Part shown: in pieces, positions 14,301 through 50,136 of the stretch | Layout of the letters: the number at the start of each line of letters is the position of its first letter | Position numbering within the stretch: the stretch's first letter is position 1 | Source: Asterias rubens | Lineage: Eukaryota | Direction of reading: 5' to 3' | DNA: 64,000 nt | Assembly (NCBI RefSeq): GCF_902459465.1 | Contig: NC_047063.1 | Location: 19,282,001 to 19,346,000, forward strand | The notes under the pieces: generated by a model | Seen by the model: the letters and a program-made list of their open reading frames with translations, nothing else | Database searches by the model: none | Told to the model about the DNA's origin: nothing | Translations under genes and position numbers: made by a program

Positions 14301-15675
14301 AGCATAATAAACCTCAACATTTTCTAGGGTACCATTGTGGGTATCATGTCCCGTGGCGTTTCGGCTGCCTTGCTCCGCACTTGCGTTGTGCCTTTAAAAA
14401 TGTTCCTCTTTTTTTTTTAATGGGCAGTTGCATGCCTGCATATTATGATGAACAGTTTGGTAAAAATCCCTATTCATGATAAATATCTCCCATATTGTAA
14501 AGGTTGTACGTATATGGACATTGTACATAGGTTTGCAATTTTTGGGGGAAACAAAACAATGTTTCATGCAAAAACACGAAAATCAAACGCAAAACAAAAA
14601 AGGAAGACAAGTTTTGTCTAATTGAAAATTACTGAATATGCGCTTACTTTTTTGGGGGTTCATGGCAGTGGATGTTTTTCTTTAAGACACCCTTTATTGA
14701 ATCATCTTAGACTCATCAAAATCAAAGATATATATCCTGAGAAATCAAACAAGAAACAGTAGGACTTTATTTATCCTTGGATTCTGTCACAGTCGATTTG
14801 AACATTAATTTTCCCTACATGTCGAGACATCAGTGATATGAGAGTCAGACTCTAAAAAAAAACATAAATAAGAGACAACAATTGTAAGGACGAGTAGAGT
14901 AGTTATATCTTCCACCGTGCCATTTGTGTATTTGTGATGCACAATGTACGCCTGCTGCCAGTACTCAAGTGTTAAGCGTCGGCACCATATGCCTGCTTGC
15001 AGCCATCAATGGTGACATCCGTCGCAGATGGAATAACACTAATTATCCAGACATTCCGAGGCATCAGCGGCACATGTACAGATTCTAAAAGGAAAAAAGA
15101 ATACGATCAAAAAGAAATTCAAGTGTGCACTTGAATGGTTACAGTTGATGTGAACTTCCGTTGTATATGTGTGTGTACTTTGTATGCGTTAATGTTGTTA
15201 GATTTATAGCAATTCCGGATGGATTTTCCCGAGCTAAAGAGCAGTGATCTACTCTAGATTTATTAGGAGCATTTTTTAAGGATAACTGGAGAGCGTTGTT
15301 GGATGGTGACTTTTTGTGCAGAGCTCATTGGAGGTGCGAATTGGGTTGCTAGGAAATCTTGGGTGTGCTCAGTGTTTTATTGCTGTAGGGTTTTTAGGCG
15401 ACTTGATACGACAAAATATATTGGTGTATGAAGCTTTTGAGTTGATTATAGTCTGGACGTATCCGTGAAGCTGGAGAGATTTCAGAGGTTGGGGGGGGGG
15501 GGGTGGTATCAGTTTATAATTTCTTGTGTGATGGCTGTGTACATGTACAGGTGACATCAACAAAGGGTTCAAAATGTTTTTAAATGGAAATTTCCACATT
15601 GTACTCTTTAGCAAACATGTGCTTTTAAAGATGAAATGATAAAGTATGTGTGATAAATTTCAGAAATCTTTCAAG

Positions 15676-15991
15676 GTGATTGTCAAATACCAGTCTTCCA
15701 ACTTGGTGTACCTCAACATATGCATAAAATAACAAACCTGTGTAAATTTGAGCTCAATCTGTCGTCGAAGTTGTGTGCTTTCAGATGCTTGATTTTGAGA
15801 CCTCAAATTCTAAATCTGAGTTCTCGAAATCAAATTCGTGGAAAATAACTTCTTTCTCGAAAATTATGTTACTTCAGAGGTAGTCGTTACTCACAATGTT
15901 TTATACTATCAACAGCTCCCATTACTCGTTACCAAGTAAGGTTTTATGCTTATAATTATTTTGAGTAATTACCAATTAGTGTCCACTGCCT
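15676..15991. mobile_element. Kolobok-like MITE, AGGCAGTGGACAC family (one end truncated)
   Basis: family body; GTGTCCACTGCCT+TTAA end. Confidence 0.78.
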
Positions 15992-16263
15992 TTAATTGAA
16001 GAAAATCAGCCACTATTTGTCCACCGAAATTCTGCTCTAAATCTTCATGTACTTCTCTTGTGCTAAACACACTGTTCCTAAAAAGTTCTGCGAAATCTAA
16101 ATCCCAGGGGTTTAATCAAAAGGTGGAGAGACCATCATTTTAACATACATACCTCCTAACATTTTAATTCTAGTTTCAAACTTTGTTTTGTCAGCAGTGA
16201 CTCTCAATCCTCAGGTATATTTCCTATGGAGCTGGTTCTTTCCTCTATGCCCCTCATCTTAAC

Positions 16264-16800
16264 ATTTCATTTCATTTCATTTCAATACATTTATTTCAAT
16301 GTTGCCATAAAGTTACATTTGTGTACATCATTAAAGTTAATACACATGATAATGAATAAATAATGGCAAACCACAGATGTAGTAAAGACAATAACAATTT
16401 ACACCGAAGTTGAGTAAATAATGACAAACAGGACAACATATAGGCATAGGGTGAAGCAAGGCTTTTGTTCCCGTACCTACGGACAGAAAAAAAACCGAAC
16501 AAAACAAACAAACAAACAAACAAACAAACAAACAAACAAACAAACAAACAAACAAACAAACAAACAAACAAACACACAAACAAACAAACACACAAATGTC
16601 TGAACTCTTTGGTAGAACCCTCCGATGAATTATGGAGGTTGTGCGAATTTTGGTTAGGGCTTGTGAGCAGTACGTACGTTGTAAATGGTCTTGGCTTGTC
16701 TCTACACTATTTGAGGAATTTTCTTGAGTGGAATAACAGTCCTTGTTTCTTGGAAGCTGGACCATTGCAGCTATATTTGTTATTATTAATGAGTATCTAA
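16264..16800 (-). mobile_element. Possible decayed LINE 3' end
   Basis: on the minus strand: AATAAA followed by a (GAAAT)n tail; the peptide KIRTTSIIHRRVLP loosely resembles an L1/Tx1 ORF2 C-terminus. Confidence 0.3.
16500..16593. repeat. (AAAC)n microsatellite
   Basis: direct reading. Confidence 0.97.
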
Positions 16801-17205
16801 GAGTCGATGTAAAAGTTTAAACAGCCAAATTAAAAATTAGTCAACTTAGATGCCAAAATCAAAACTGAATCGAATACACAATGATTTATCGCCTCAAGCT
16901 AAGAATATAGAAATTTAAGACAATTTTGAGGTGGTTAACAATTCAAATTCAAAGCTTACATTCAAAGTTTTGAAGAGGCCACTTTGGTTGAGCATGCTGA
17001 TATCAAGTGAGTCTGTTTTGTATTTTCATGAAGGAAATAGAGACAATTAACTTGGTTTCACTTGAAATGAAATGAAGTAGAAAGCAAAACTGAACGACTA
17101 TGACTGTTGACGTAGTTTCTTAAGGCCAAGGATCATTTGGGAGTACATGCACACCAAGAGGTAAAGTTACCAATATTCTTTCTATTCAACCAATCTCCTC
17201 CCAAG

Positions 17206-39579
<22,374 letters not shown>

Positions 39580-41016
39580 CGACGGGTCACGACGACGTGC
39601 AACCATGCGCGTAGCGAAATCGCAACTTGGGCCGGTGTGTGTACAGAATGAGACGAAAGGTCTTAATGTTCTTCCTTCTTAAAACTTGCAAACAGGGCCC
39701 CATTCCATGGAGCTGGAAAATCACTAAAGAGAAGCTAAGCACAACAAAATTATGCTTACCAAAATAAGGTTACCAGCCAAAATACCATGTCGCATGTATT
39801 GTCTGCGACTGGTATTCGGCTCCTTTAATACTTAGCAGAAATTTTGAAGCAATATTTTCTGCTGAAGCAGCTTTATGAAATGGGGATAATTTCATAAAGC
39901 TGTAGAAAATAATGTTTAGCAATTTTTTATTTTTGCTTAGCAGAAAGTAGCAGGGAGTCATTCTCAAATCCCATTGGTTTTTTGACTGGTACATGTAACA
40001 CATTTCTGCAATCTTCGGTGCTTGGCAGCTTTATGGAATTTGGCCCTCATTTATTTAACTAAAAAAAAAGTACTATAGGATGATTGTAAATGGCTGGTTA
40101 CATACATTGTTTAAATTTTAAATCATTGACCAATTCTATGCTTACCAGAGGAGTAGCCCAAATTTGTGTCTATAAGTTTGTTTTAGGCGCAAATAGAGCT
40201 ATATTTTGCAGGGAAAATACACTTTTGAATGACATTTTCTCAACGTGTCATGAGAATTTTATTGCTTTTAAACCGGTAATATATTTATAATTACGAACCG
40301 TGATGTTGTGATTACAGTAAATTATGTTTATGATATGGAGTCCACGGCATAAAAGGCCGACCATAATTTTCGTGGGGGCAACCCTGGGGGATAGAGTAGA
40401 GTGAAAAGGGCTTAAATCCCTTCAACTATGAGTCTTATACATGTACACACATATTCAGATTAGGCAGCAGGCACTATTTTGCTGTAGCCAGAATTGACAG
40501 CTGTGGCTGTTGCTATGGGCCTCCTATGCTTTTTGCAATGTACATGTGACAGCCAAGCCGTAGACAGTACATGTATTTTGAACATGGCCTAAGCCCCTAA
40601 CCCTTCGCTAAGGGACCAGTTCATAGATGTACTAAAGAACGAAGGTTAGCTAAGCACAAATCAAGGTGCTTACCATAAAAATGGTTGCAATAAAAAAAAC
40701 CACCATGTCATAATGTACTGTTTGCAACCGCTTTATCTGCTTATTTTTGGTTGCGGGTACAAGCATGTGTAAGTCTCTTTTAGTAGGAGTGTTGGCTCTT
40801 AAAACAGCTGGTGTGGTCTTGACGCTTCGAACAAGGTACTCTGCTCATCTTTAGGTAAAATGTTTAATCACTATTGAAATTGCATGGGCCCAGTTGTCCA
40901 CCTGAACACTATGAATGTATTCATTACAAAGTTTCATAGTTTTTTATTTACCAAGTGCTGGAATAATGATGTCAGACTTAAATTGCATAAGTAACTTTAT
41001 TTATATTAAGTGTTAA

Positions 41017-41372
41017 AGGCAGTGGACACTATTGGTTATTACTCAAAATAATTATTAGCATAAAACCTTACTTAGTAATGAGTAATGGGGAAAGGTTGCA
41101 TTGTGAGAAACGGCTCCCTCTGAAGTGAGAAAGAAGTTATCTTCCACGAATTTGCTTTTGAGACCTCGGAATTCGAAATTGAGGTCGCGAAGTCAAGCAT
41201 CTGAAAGCACACAACTTTGTGTGACAAGGGTGTTTTTTTCTTTCATTTTTATCTCACAACTTTGACGACCAATTGAGCTCAAATTTCCACAGATTTGTTA
41301 GTTTATGCATATGTTGAGATACACCAAGTGAGAAGACTGGTCTTTGACAATTACCAAAGGTGTCCAGTGTCT
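41017..41372. mobile_element. Kolobok-like MITE, AGGCAGTGGACAC family
   Basis: TTAA flanks and TIRs. Confidence 0.85.
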
Positions 41373-44357
41373 TTAATTTGCCATGTTTGTCACTTGAGTA
41401 CATACATGTATCATACCTCATACATATTGATGAATTACAGCTTGTTTCATCTTGCATTTCTCACTAAGACAACCTTTAAATAATTAGTTTGTTAACATGA
41501 CCGCTAGCTAGTCACTTATTTAAACAGTTCCTAGATATTTACTTGAATGTTGTCAGCCCAGAACCAACATAATATCAACCCCATGTTCAATGTCAGTGTG
41601 AACAAAGTTGCAAGAGTCAAACTGGCCTGTTTGTCACCAGGCATGCTAGGTGGTCAAGTGGTAAGACATGTACTCTGGAATAGGGGTTTGTGTGGGTTCG
41701 ATTCCCACCCGAGTATTTTGCCTGTGGATTTTTTTCCTGCAGCAATGAGTATTCAGGGCCAAATTTCATTGTGCTCCTATCTCAAAGTTCTGCGTTTGTG
41801 ATAACCATTCTTTACTTACAAGGCAAGCAAAGTTTCTGCGCTTGCTGTACAAGCAAAGAATGTTTAGTAACATGCAGTATGCATGTTACTAAGCAGAAAT
41901 TCCCTGACAACCTGTAAAACACGCTTGATTTAAGAACGGAATTCCCCGCTTCTCTTAGCGCTGATTCTTTGCTGATTGTATGCACGGCCATGACATTCGG
42001 CCCAGTGCTTATTATCACACGTCAACCGAAATCAAAGACCAAGTCTTAGGTAATTTTTTCGTAATCTGTATGAAAATTGTCTTCAACATTTCAATAATTT
42101 GTACGTAATCCTTAAAGTGAAGCAATAATTTTAGAAATTTGAATCAGACGAAAACGCTTCAGGCTGTTGGTTATTTTTTCCTTCTACATGCAATTCTCCT
42201 TGTAATGTATATAGGTATATTTATTAACAGCAAAAGTTTTAGTGTTTGCTGTCCTGTAAATTTCAACGATATTCCACACTGGTGTTGTACATCAAAAATA
42301 CTGTACATTTTTTCTCAATTTTTGATATTTGATAGTTAGAAGTATTGTTAAATTGTGTGTTTATAACTATTATTAGAAAAAAAGACCCAATGTCTGTAGT
42401 GACAATAAAACCCACAGTCAAATAAAAATATAATTCATCAGATATTTCCGAGATATATTTATACTACGTTTCTCTGTCATTTAAAAGTAACAATATTTAA
42501 TTGGTATTCAAATTCAAATATTGCATCTGTAATCTGAGTCATACGGTGTGCAGATTTGTGAGAAATCAATCAGTAAAGTGTTTTTATTGTTAAATGAGTT
42601 GACATGGATGTAGCTGTTTCAAACTTCTAAACAATCAAAATGACCTAGACCCAATATCATAGAGCTGCTTAAGGGCAGTCTTTGTATTTACTGCTTTGCT
42701 CGGTTCCCATAGCTCTGCTAATCAACCATAAGTACACTAAAAGGCATGCAAACCTTCTGGTGCTTAACTTTTTGCAAATGAATGATGTAACGAAGTAAAT
42801 TCATTATGAACACACAATCTGGTAACATGCACATTTTCACACTACGAGGCTCTTGAGACATGGGACCAGTGTAGCAAGCTGCCAAATTTGCTTGCTACCA
42901 TTATGCAGCGCTATGAAGATACTAAGGTTAGTATCAATGTAAAAATTAGGGTTTGGACCGTAGCGGAGTCCCACATGTTTATGACAAGGTAACAGACTTT
43001 CCGCATCTTATGTCTGCTCACTGCTTTTCACCCCACAGCATTTTTGTCCATGTGGCTGTCTCTCTTACACCATGGAGGTAGTTACACTTACATTTTTACT
43101 TGGGTGCTGTGTTGTCATTTACCTTTTGAGAAAGGCTCTGCTTGGGTCAAACTTTTTGCAAATGTATTGACTTCTATAAGGCAAAGTAAAGTCAAAATAA
43201 TTTACGGGCAAATATCCAGTTCACAGAGAATAATTTTCTATAAAATTATGCTAACAAGAATAAGGTTACCAGCCAAAATATCATTCCACTTCTGTAACAT
43301 GTGACTGGTATCCTGCTCAGTTTTGCTTAGCACCACTTGCTGCTAAATCAGTTGTATGAAAACTGTTCAGGGCACAATTTTGTTGATCTTCTTAAGAAGA
43401 AAATAGTGCTCAACAGTTTTCATCTGAGCAAAAATTATACAGGAAACCAGTTAAAAAATGGTATGTGTATGCACAATAGCCCAAGTGGATGTCCAGCGTC
43501 CACAGGATTATGTGTGAAATGCCGAGCCCAAAACAACACCGGCCCAACCATCATGGTTTGAAGCAATGTGGAACACATCTATAAAACATGGCACAGTTAC
43601 ATGTTATCAAGCAGAATGTCATCTATTTTGGCCACTTTACTGTTTTTTTTTTAAATGCACAAAGATTCTCAAGATGCAATGCTGTGTTTTTGCTTAACTA
43701 TTTTGTTGTGTTTTAACAGCGCTATAAAAACTATGTAATAGCGTTCATCTTGGCAGCTTTGCTTTTTAATTGCACATAGTTTCCCAAGATGCTTTGAAGT
43801 GTTTTTTCTTGGCTATGTGTTTTTGCTTGAACAGCTCATTAAACAGCTCCTTATATAGCTGTATGAAATTGAGATCAGGGGTAAGAGTTTAAGTAGAGAA
43901 GACATGGGCAGTCCTGTCCGATCTATTAAGATTTTTTCTTTCTTTTTCTGATGCTTTTTGAAAACTGACAAAGTTGTATTCCTAAAATAAGAAGCACATG
44001 TGACTACAAACAACAATTTTGTGTACGGCTTATTTATTGCTAGCCTATGTCATACACTAAATAGTTTACATCTCTGACTATGAGCTAGTCTCAAGTCAAG
44101 GCACTCGCACATATCTACACCATCGCGACCTTGTCTTTTTTCATGTTGGCGGTAGTCGGTCCATGTGTGATGTATACATTCTGGTTTACGCAAGTGCCTT
44201 GACTGAAGGCTAATTATTAATTTGCATCACAAGAACGAATTACCTTAAAGGGGCTGGCTCATAGCGTTTTCTCACAAAAATTCAGTGCATCAATTGAAAG
44301 GTTTGACCTCATTGCAATGACCTTTTGCAATGATCACTGCAATTAGCTTTTTCATTT

Positions 44358-44820
44358 TTTTTCTCAGAAGTGGGAATATTTGCCTATTGTACCCTGTAAA
44401 GCACACAAACCTAAGTGCAAAAGTGCAGGATTTGATGCTCATCTGAGCCATGATCATTTGTTTTCTCAGAAGTGGGAATATTTGCCTATTGTACCCTGTA
44501 AAGCACACAAACCTAAGTGCAAAAGTGCAGGATTTGATGCTCATCTGAGCCATGATATTGTGCACCTGAGACTGATTTCATAGAGATGCTTAAGCACCCC
44601 AAAAAAGAAGAAGTCAAAAACAACACAATTATGCTCACCAGAAAAGGGAAACTGATTGTACCCTGTAAAGCACACAAACCTAAGTGCAAAAGTGCAGGAT
44701 TTGATGCTCATCTGAGCCATGATATTGTGCACCTGAGACTGATTTCATAGAGATGCTTAAGCACCCCAAAAAAGAAGAAGTCAAAAACAACACAATTATG
44801 CTCACCAGAAAAGGGAAACT
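44358..44820. repeat. Compound tandem duplication (103-bp and 167-bp periods)
   Basis: ATTGTACCCTGTAAAGCACACAAACCTAAGTGC...CTGAGCCATGAT three times; ATTGTGCACCTGAGAC...GGGAAACT twice. Confidence 0.9.
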
Positions 44821-46399
44821 TAGCCAAAATACAATGTCGCATGTACAGTGTGTGACTGGTATCCTGCGAAAGCACCAAATTTGTAAGCAAAATTGTCTGC
44901 TTAAGCAGCTCTACTGAATTTTGCCCTTGTTGCAGTGTCACCGGAGTGTGGGTTTGAATCCTGGTTCTGACACTTAACTACAATTGCTTCTCACCACCTA
45001 GGAGTAAATGGGTATGTGCGAGTAGTGTAGAGATGATTGATATGAATTGTAAGCAACCTGTGCTACCAATCAGCTGCTGGTGCTGCATACTCCTAAGGAG
45101 TTGAGATGGTTTTATAGGGGTGCATTCACAGGGGTAAATATAAGCGTCCTGAGAAATATCATGGCTCAGATGAGCATCGGATTCTGCATTTCAGCACTTA
45201 GGTTTGTTAGCGATACAGGGTAAGGAGTTGAGATGGTTTATAGGAGATGTATTTACAGAGGGGTAAATATAATATTACTGTATGTTATTAGCATCATCAG
45301 CATCTTATTCATGGATTTATGCCCTTAAAAAATCTGTTTTTGTTCTTAATAGGCAATACTTTTCAACAAGTTATCAACATGTTATAAATAGAACAAAATC
45401 AGAGTTGAAAACAATTTGTTTTTTTCTTTGGAATCCTTTGTCGTCAAAAGGAACTTTGGACTAAAGTTATGTCACCCAAGGGTACCCTGAATGAGTACCT
45501 CCTTTGAAATTCGCAATGGGAGAGGATGGCATTCGATTGGTATACCCCAATTGGAGTTAGACGAGTCTTTAATACGCCCCCCCCCCCCGTAAAATATCTC
45601 TTAATGATATGTTTGTTTTTTTTGTAAATCAGCTGGCTTGAGATTTTTTCTCAGTAATTTGGATATGCAACAAATAAATTACACTGTAATGAATGTGAAC
45701 TACATTTTTTGTAATAATATGCAGAAAATGATGATAATATTATAGATGACAGTACTTGAATGACGTATTATAAAGAGCGCCCTCTTTGGCGGTCAGTTCT
45801 GTTCTGTATATGAAAACTTAATTAATATGAACAATGTTGATGTTGAGAATTTAAATGCAAATAAACCATAACGTCACCATAGTAGTTATAATCATTGCGT
45901 CGTGTTTGTTTGACCTTAAATTTAACCTTTTGTATTATTGTTATTATTAATTTTATTTATTACACTAAACAATACAAAACAAATCAGTTACAAAAGTACC
46001 CCAAAAAAAAGAACTAGCTAGCTGTCGTATGATGTATATTACTTCTGGAAATATTGTCGGTTACTAACATGTGAGAAACAAAACCACAAAAGTTCATGAT
46101 GTTTTTACTTGAATAGCATAATAAACAAAAACTGAGGCTGATGACTATAATTTCCTTATTGAAAAGGATTCTGCCATGCCCTTTTCTTTCTTGTCACAAA
46201 TAAGTTTAAATACATTTCCCACGAACCCTCAATTTAGTTGTTCTCTCTGTGGCTCTAGCCGAACATGAACTTTCACCTATAGTTTGTATGTACGCGCATG
46301 TGTACCTTGAATATCTGACGTCACACTTTGAGGTTCGAGACATTGAGCGCCTGCATGGTTGGATCATGCCAGATGTACATTATCTATCTAGTGAACTAA

Positions 46400-46896
46400 A
46401 GGCAGTGGACACTATTTTGTAATTACTCAAAAATTATTTGACCATAAAAACTTACTTGATAACATGCAATGGAGAGCTGTTGATAGTATAACACATTGTG
46501 AGAAACGGCTCCCTCTGACGTAAGGTAGTTTTCGAGGAAGTAATTTTCCACGAATTTGATTCGAGACCTCAGAATGGGAGACTTTCTGGGACGATAGAGG
46601 GCAGCAGACTTACCGGGTAAATCCATTGTTCTCAGAATTATGCGCATGTTCAGAACTACGTAAACAATGGAAATTTACCCGGTATGTCTGCTGCCACCTA
46701 GCGTTGGAAAGTCTCCTATTAGATTTGGAGGTCACGAAATCAAGCATCTGAACGCACATAACTTCGTGTGAAAAGTGTTGTTTTCTTCCGTCATTACGAC
46801 CTACTGGGCTCAAATCTTCAGGTTTGTTATGTTATGCAAATTTGAGATACACCTAGTGGTAAACAGACTGGTCGTTGACTACCAACAGTGTCCAGC
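46400..46896. mobile_element. Kolobok-like MITE containing a nested 147-bp fold-back element (46574-46720)
   Basis: family body interrupted by an inverted-repeat element GGAGACTTTC...GAAAGTCTCC. Confidence 0.78.
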
Positions 46897-47137
46897 AATG
46901 TGTGTTAGATCAGTGCCTTGCTTTCAGCCTAAACTGATGAGAGTTCATTTTATTCCATGTCGTCCACAACCTGCTTTTATCACAACGACAGTGCCACCTT
47001 TTGTTTTTCAATAGAAAGAACGTGAGAAGGCCAATTTCGTTTTTAAATTGTGGGCGATACCCAACAATGAACGTAAAGACTATGGACCTAGGGCATATTT
47101 TGTTTTGTCTAAAACCATAATTATGGCTTATGGTTAA

Positions 47138-47514
47138 AGACAATGGACACTAGTGGTAATTGTCAAATACCAGTCTTCCCACTTGGTGTATCTAAACATA
47201 TGTATAAAATAACAAACCTGTGAAAATTTGAGTTCAATTGGTCGTCGAAGTTGCAAGATATGAATGAAACAAAACCACCCTTGTCACACCAAGTTGTGTG
47301 CTTTCAGATGCTTCATTTCGAGACCTCGAATTCTAAACTTGAGGTCTCGAAATCAAATTCGTGGAAAATTACTTCTTTCTCGAAAACTACGTCACTTCAG
47401 AGGGAGCTGTTTCTCACAATGTTTTATATTATCAACCTCTCCCCATTACTTGTTACCAAGTAAGGTCTTATGCTGCTGATTATTTTGAGTAATTACCAAT
47501 AGTGTCCACTGCCT
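47138..47514. mobile_element. Kolobok-like MITE, AGGCAGTGGACAC family
   Basis: TTAA flanks and TIRs. Confidence 0.85.
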
Positions 47515-47776
47515 TTAAGTTAACCTTCCTAATTCGTAAGTTCCAACCCAGCATTCATTCAATGATGACATGACGGTATACAATGAAACTTTAATGGTTT
47601 GTTGTTTACTGAATGGAGAGGAAGGTTACTGCAGGTTGCGCCTAACACCAAAACTGTATATTAAAAACCTGATCAATAGTCATCAACGAAAAGATTATTC
47701 GATAAAGCAATCCGTACTCAATTGATCATGTAGTCAATTCGAGTGTTTCTCCTTCTGTACGATAATTTGTCTTTTG

Positions 47777-47974
47777 TCAGTTGTTGAAATAAAACAGGTA
47801 TTTGTCAGCATCCTCACCAGTGACGTCATTGGACTGCAGATAATGCTTCCCGCTGCTCCCGACGCTCGTTGATGAATGAGCGACATCGAGGCTCATCCCG
47901 GCACGCTGAGAGCCGCACACGACCACGCCCTTGACCGGTAACTTCTTGGTGACGTGACCGGTCAGGCAGTGGGA
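47777..47974 (-). pseudogene. Out-of-frame PAN/Apple domain remnant downstream of lectin copy 1
   Basis: SHCLTGHVTKKLPVKGVVVCGS / CRDEPRCRSF / NDVT spread over shifting frames. Confidence 0.6.
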
Positions 47975-47979
47975 TGGGA

Positions 47980-48510
47980 TCATGCGAAGCGGCCGTTGGT
48001 GTCTGCTTGCAGGCAGTACAGTAGTGGGTTGGTTGGTGCGACGGCAGGGCGCTGACAGACTACATAGCACATCCCGTCACATTGTCCGTCATACCAACTG
48101 CCATTGCGAGGAAGAATCATCTGCGCACAATCTTCATCCGGGTCACGGCTATTGGGCTCTCCTGGATACCAGTTGAAGAAACTACATTCTTCGCCTCCCT
48201 CTCCAAGCTGCACCCACTTGCCTTCTTCCTCCCTATCAGTGCAGCCAACCCACACCTTACCTTTTAGGCCTACGACTTTATTAACCATCTCAAAGATGAA
48301 CTGATTATCTGTAAATGACGTAGGAACCGCCAAGCGGCCGCTCATATCGGTACAGGTTTTGACCGCGTCATCAAAGGTCATTTTCTCCATCACTGACTTG
48401 TAGCATGACTCGCCAAGTAATACCCACTCAGAGGGGCAGATCAAACCTTCATTGCAGCTCGATACCACGAAATAAAAGGCAACTGCGAACAGAAGAACTA
48501 AGGTCTTCAT
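47980..48510 (-). CDS. Secreted C-type lectin, intronless, copy 1 (176 aa from MKTLV)
   Basis: hydrophobic signal peptide MKTLVLLFAVAFYFVVSS; CTLD Cys pattern CPSEW..GESCY, C..C, WVG, EPN, EDC, WYD, VVCQ. Confidence 0.88.
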   Translation of the reverse strand: MKTLVLLFAVAFYFVVSSCNEGLICPSEWVLLGESCYKSVMEKMTFDDAVKTCTDMSGRLAVPTSFTDNQFIFEMVNKVVGLKGKVWVGCTDREEEGKWVQLGEGGEECSFFNWYPGEPNSRDPDEDCAQMILPRNGSWYDGQCDGMCYVVCQRPAVAPTNPLLYCLQADTNGRFA

Positions 48511-49050
48511 GATTGACTTCAAAATTAATGCGAACAAGAAGTGCAAGCCTCTGTTTGCGATAAATCGACTATTGCTAGGCTCGCTAAAAAACTCAAACTT
48601 GCTTGACCAACGCTTTGCTTGACACTATGGTACCATCAGGTAATAGTGGAATAAGAATAAGCATCCAACCCTTTCAAGCTCTGCGTCATGTTGCTATGGA
48701 GATCTTATTCTGTTCTTCATAAGGACTTCTTTTGATAATCAGTCCACAGGTTACTCAAAAAAATACTATATATAACACAAACATTACAAACAATTACCGG
48801 TAACTGTTTTTGTGTTGCACAGCAGAGTGGGTGAATGCAATTGTATCTTGCAGGAACAGGGTGGCCTTGATTGACGGCATAGATCGATAGCCAGGGTCCC
48901 TTGATACCAAATTTACAAGCGTGGATTGGTTTATTGTTATCACAGTGCGTGACTGATTTTGTGAGCTTTCACACTAAAAAAAAAACTACAACCCTTGTGC
49001 GCCATGAGAGTGCACACATCACTGGTAACCCAATGCACAATATTGATTAA

Positions 49051-49437
49051 AGGTAGTGGACACTATTGGTATTTACTCAAAATAATTATTAGCATAAAAC
49101 CTTTCTTGGTGACGAGTAATGGGGAGAGGTTGATGGTATAAAACATTGTGAGAAACGGCTCCCTCTGAAGTGACATAGATTTCGAGAAAGAAGTAATTTT
49201 CCCCAATTTGATTTCGAGACCTCAAATTTAGAACTATGAGGTCTCGAAATCAACCATCTAAATGCACACAACTTCGTGTGACAAGGGTGTTTTTTTCTTT
49301 CATTATTATCTCGCAAGTTCGATGACCGATTTGGCTCAAATAATCTGCACAGGTTTGTTATTTTATGCATATGTTGAGTTTAGATACACCAACTGTGAAG
49401 GCTAGTCTTTGACAATTACCAATAGTGTCCACTGCCT
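49051..49437. mobile_element. Kolobok-like MITE, AGGCAGTGGACAC family
   Basis: TTAA flanks and TIRs. Confidence 0.85.
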
Positions 49438-49981
49438 TTAACCAGCCCAATAAAATTAGTTCCAGCGGAATCTTTACGTAATTGGTGCGTCCCCCAAGCC
49501 TTTTCCTACACTCGAAACAGCCATTGCCCACTATATTGTAGGCCTATGCAATGTCGTAGGGAAAAAACGGGGGGAAAAATAACGAAACGAATCAGATTCA
49601 GAATGGTAAATGCACGAGGCAATTCTAGATGATGTTCCTTCTGTAAATACTGTCTCCAAACATCGTAAATCTGCTGCTACTACTACTGAGATAAATTATT
49701 AAATAAATGAATGATGGCGACTTGTCAACTCATTGTATTGACCCCTTGCACGCGCGAGCGTTACACGCGGCGACTGATGCCACGCTCATCATGTCGGTGG
49801 GCAGTTAGGTTTACGTCACGTGCAAAACCTGAATTAACGCCGCGTCGCCTAAAATGCGCACTTCACTGCATAACGCACAGCATACTCTATGCATAGAGTT
49901 ATAATATGAAAACGCACAGTGAAATTGGCTCACCAGTATCATTCAAGATTTTTCTGATGATGACGTCAGGTAAAATGGTCA

Positions 49982-50136
49982 ATAGACCTTATGCACATGA
50001 CGTCATTTTAGTACGGCGCCCTCGCCTTGAGGTCAAAAGGGGGTTGTTGATTGGCCAATCTATGTGCGTTTCGATTGTTTCGTCACCGTTTGACCTCAAA
50101 GATGGCGGCTGGATGACGTCAATGCATAAGGTCTAT
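49982..50136. mobile_element. TA-flanked MITE with TGACGTCA in both arms
   Basis: TA-GACCTTATGCA..TGACGTCA ... TGACGTCA.TGCATAAGGTC-TA. Confidence 0.7.

Noticed and set aside
16296-16800. Four long ORFs of 60-142 aa
   Set aside because: Open because the (AAAC)n microsatellite lacks stop codons
47777-47982. Programmed readthrough or frameshift producing a full CTLD-PAN protein
   Set aside because: At least three separate frame changes would be needed, copy 2 has an extra stop, and there is no slippery heptamer; decay is the simpler explanation
48511-48546. Longer N-termini for the lectin ORFs given by the ORF track
   Set aside because: They start at non-ATG codons and differ between copies; the conserved ATG of MKTLV directly precedes the signal peptide
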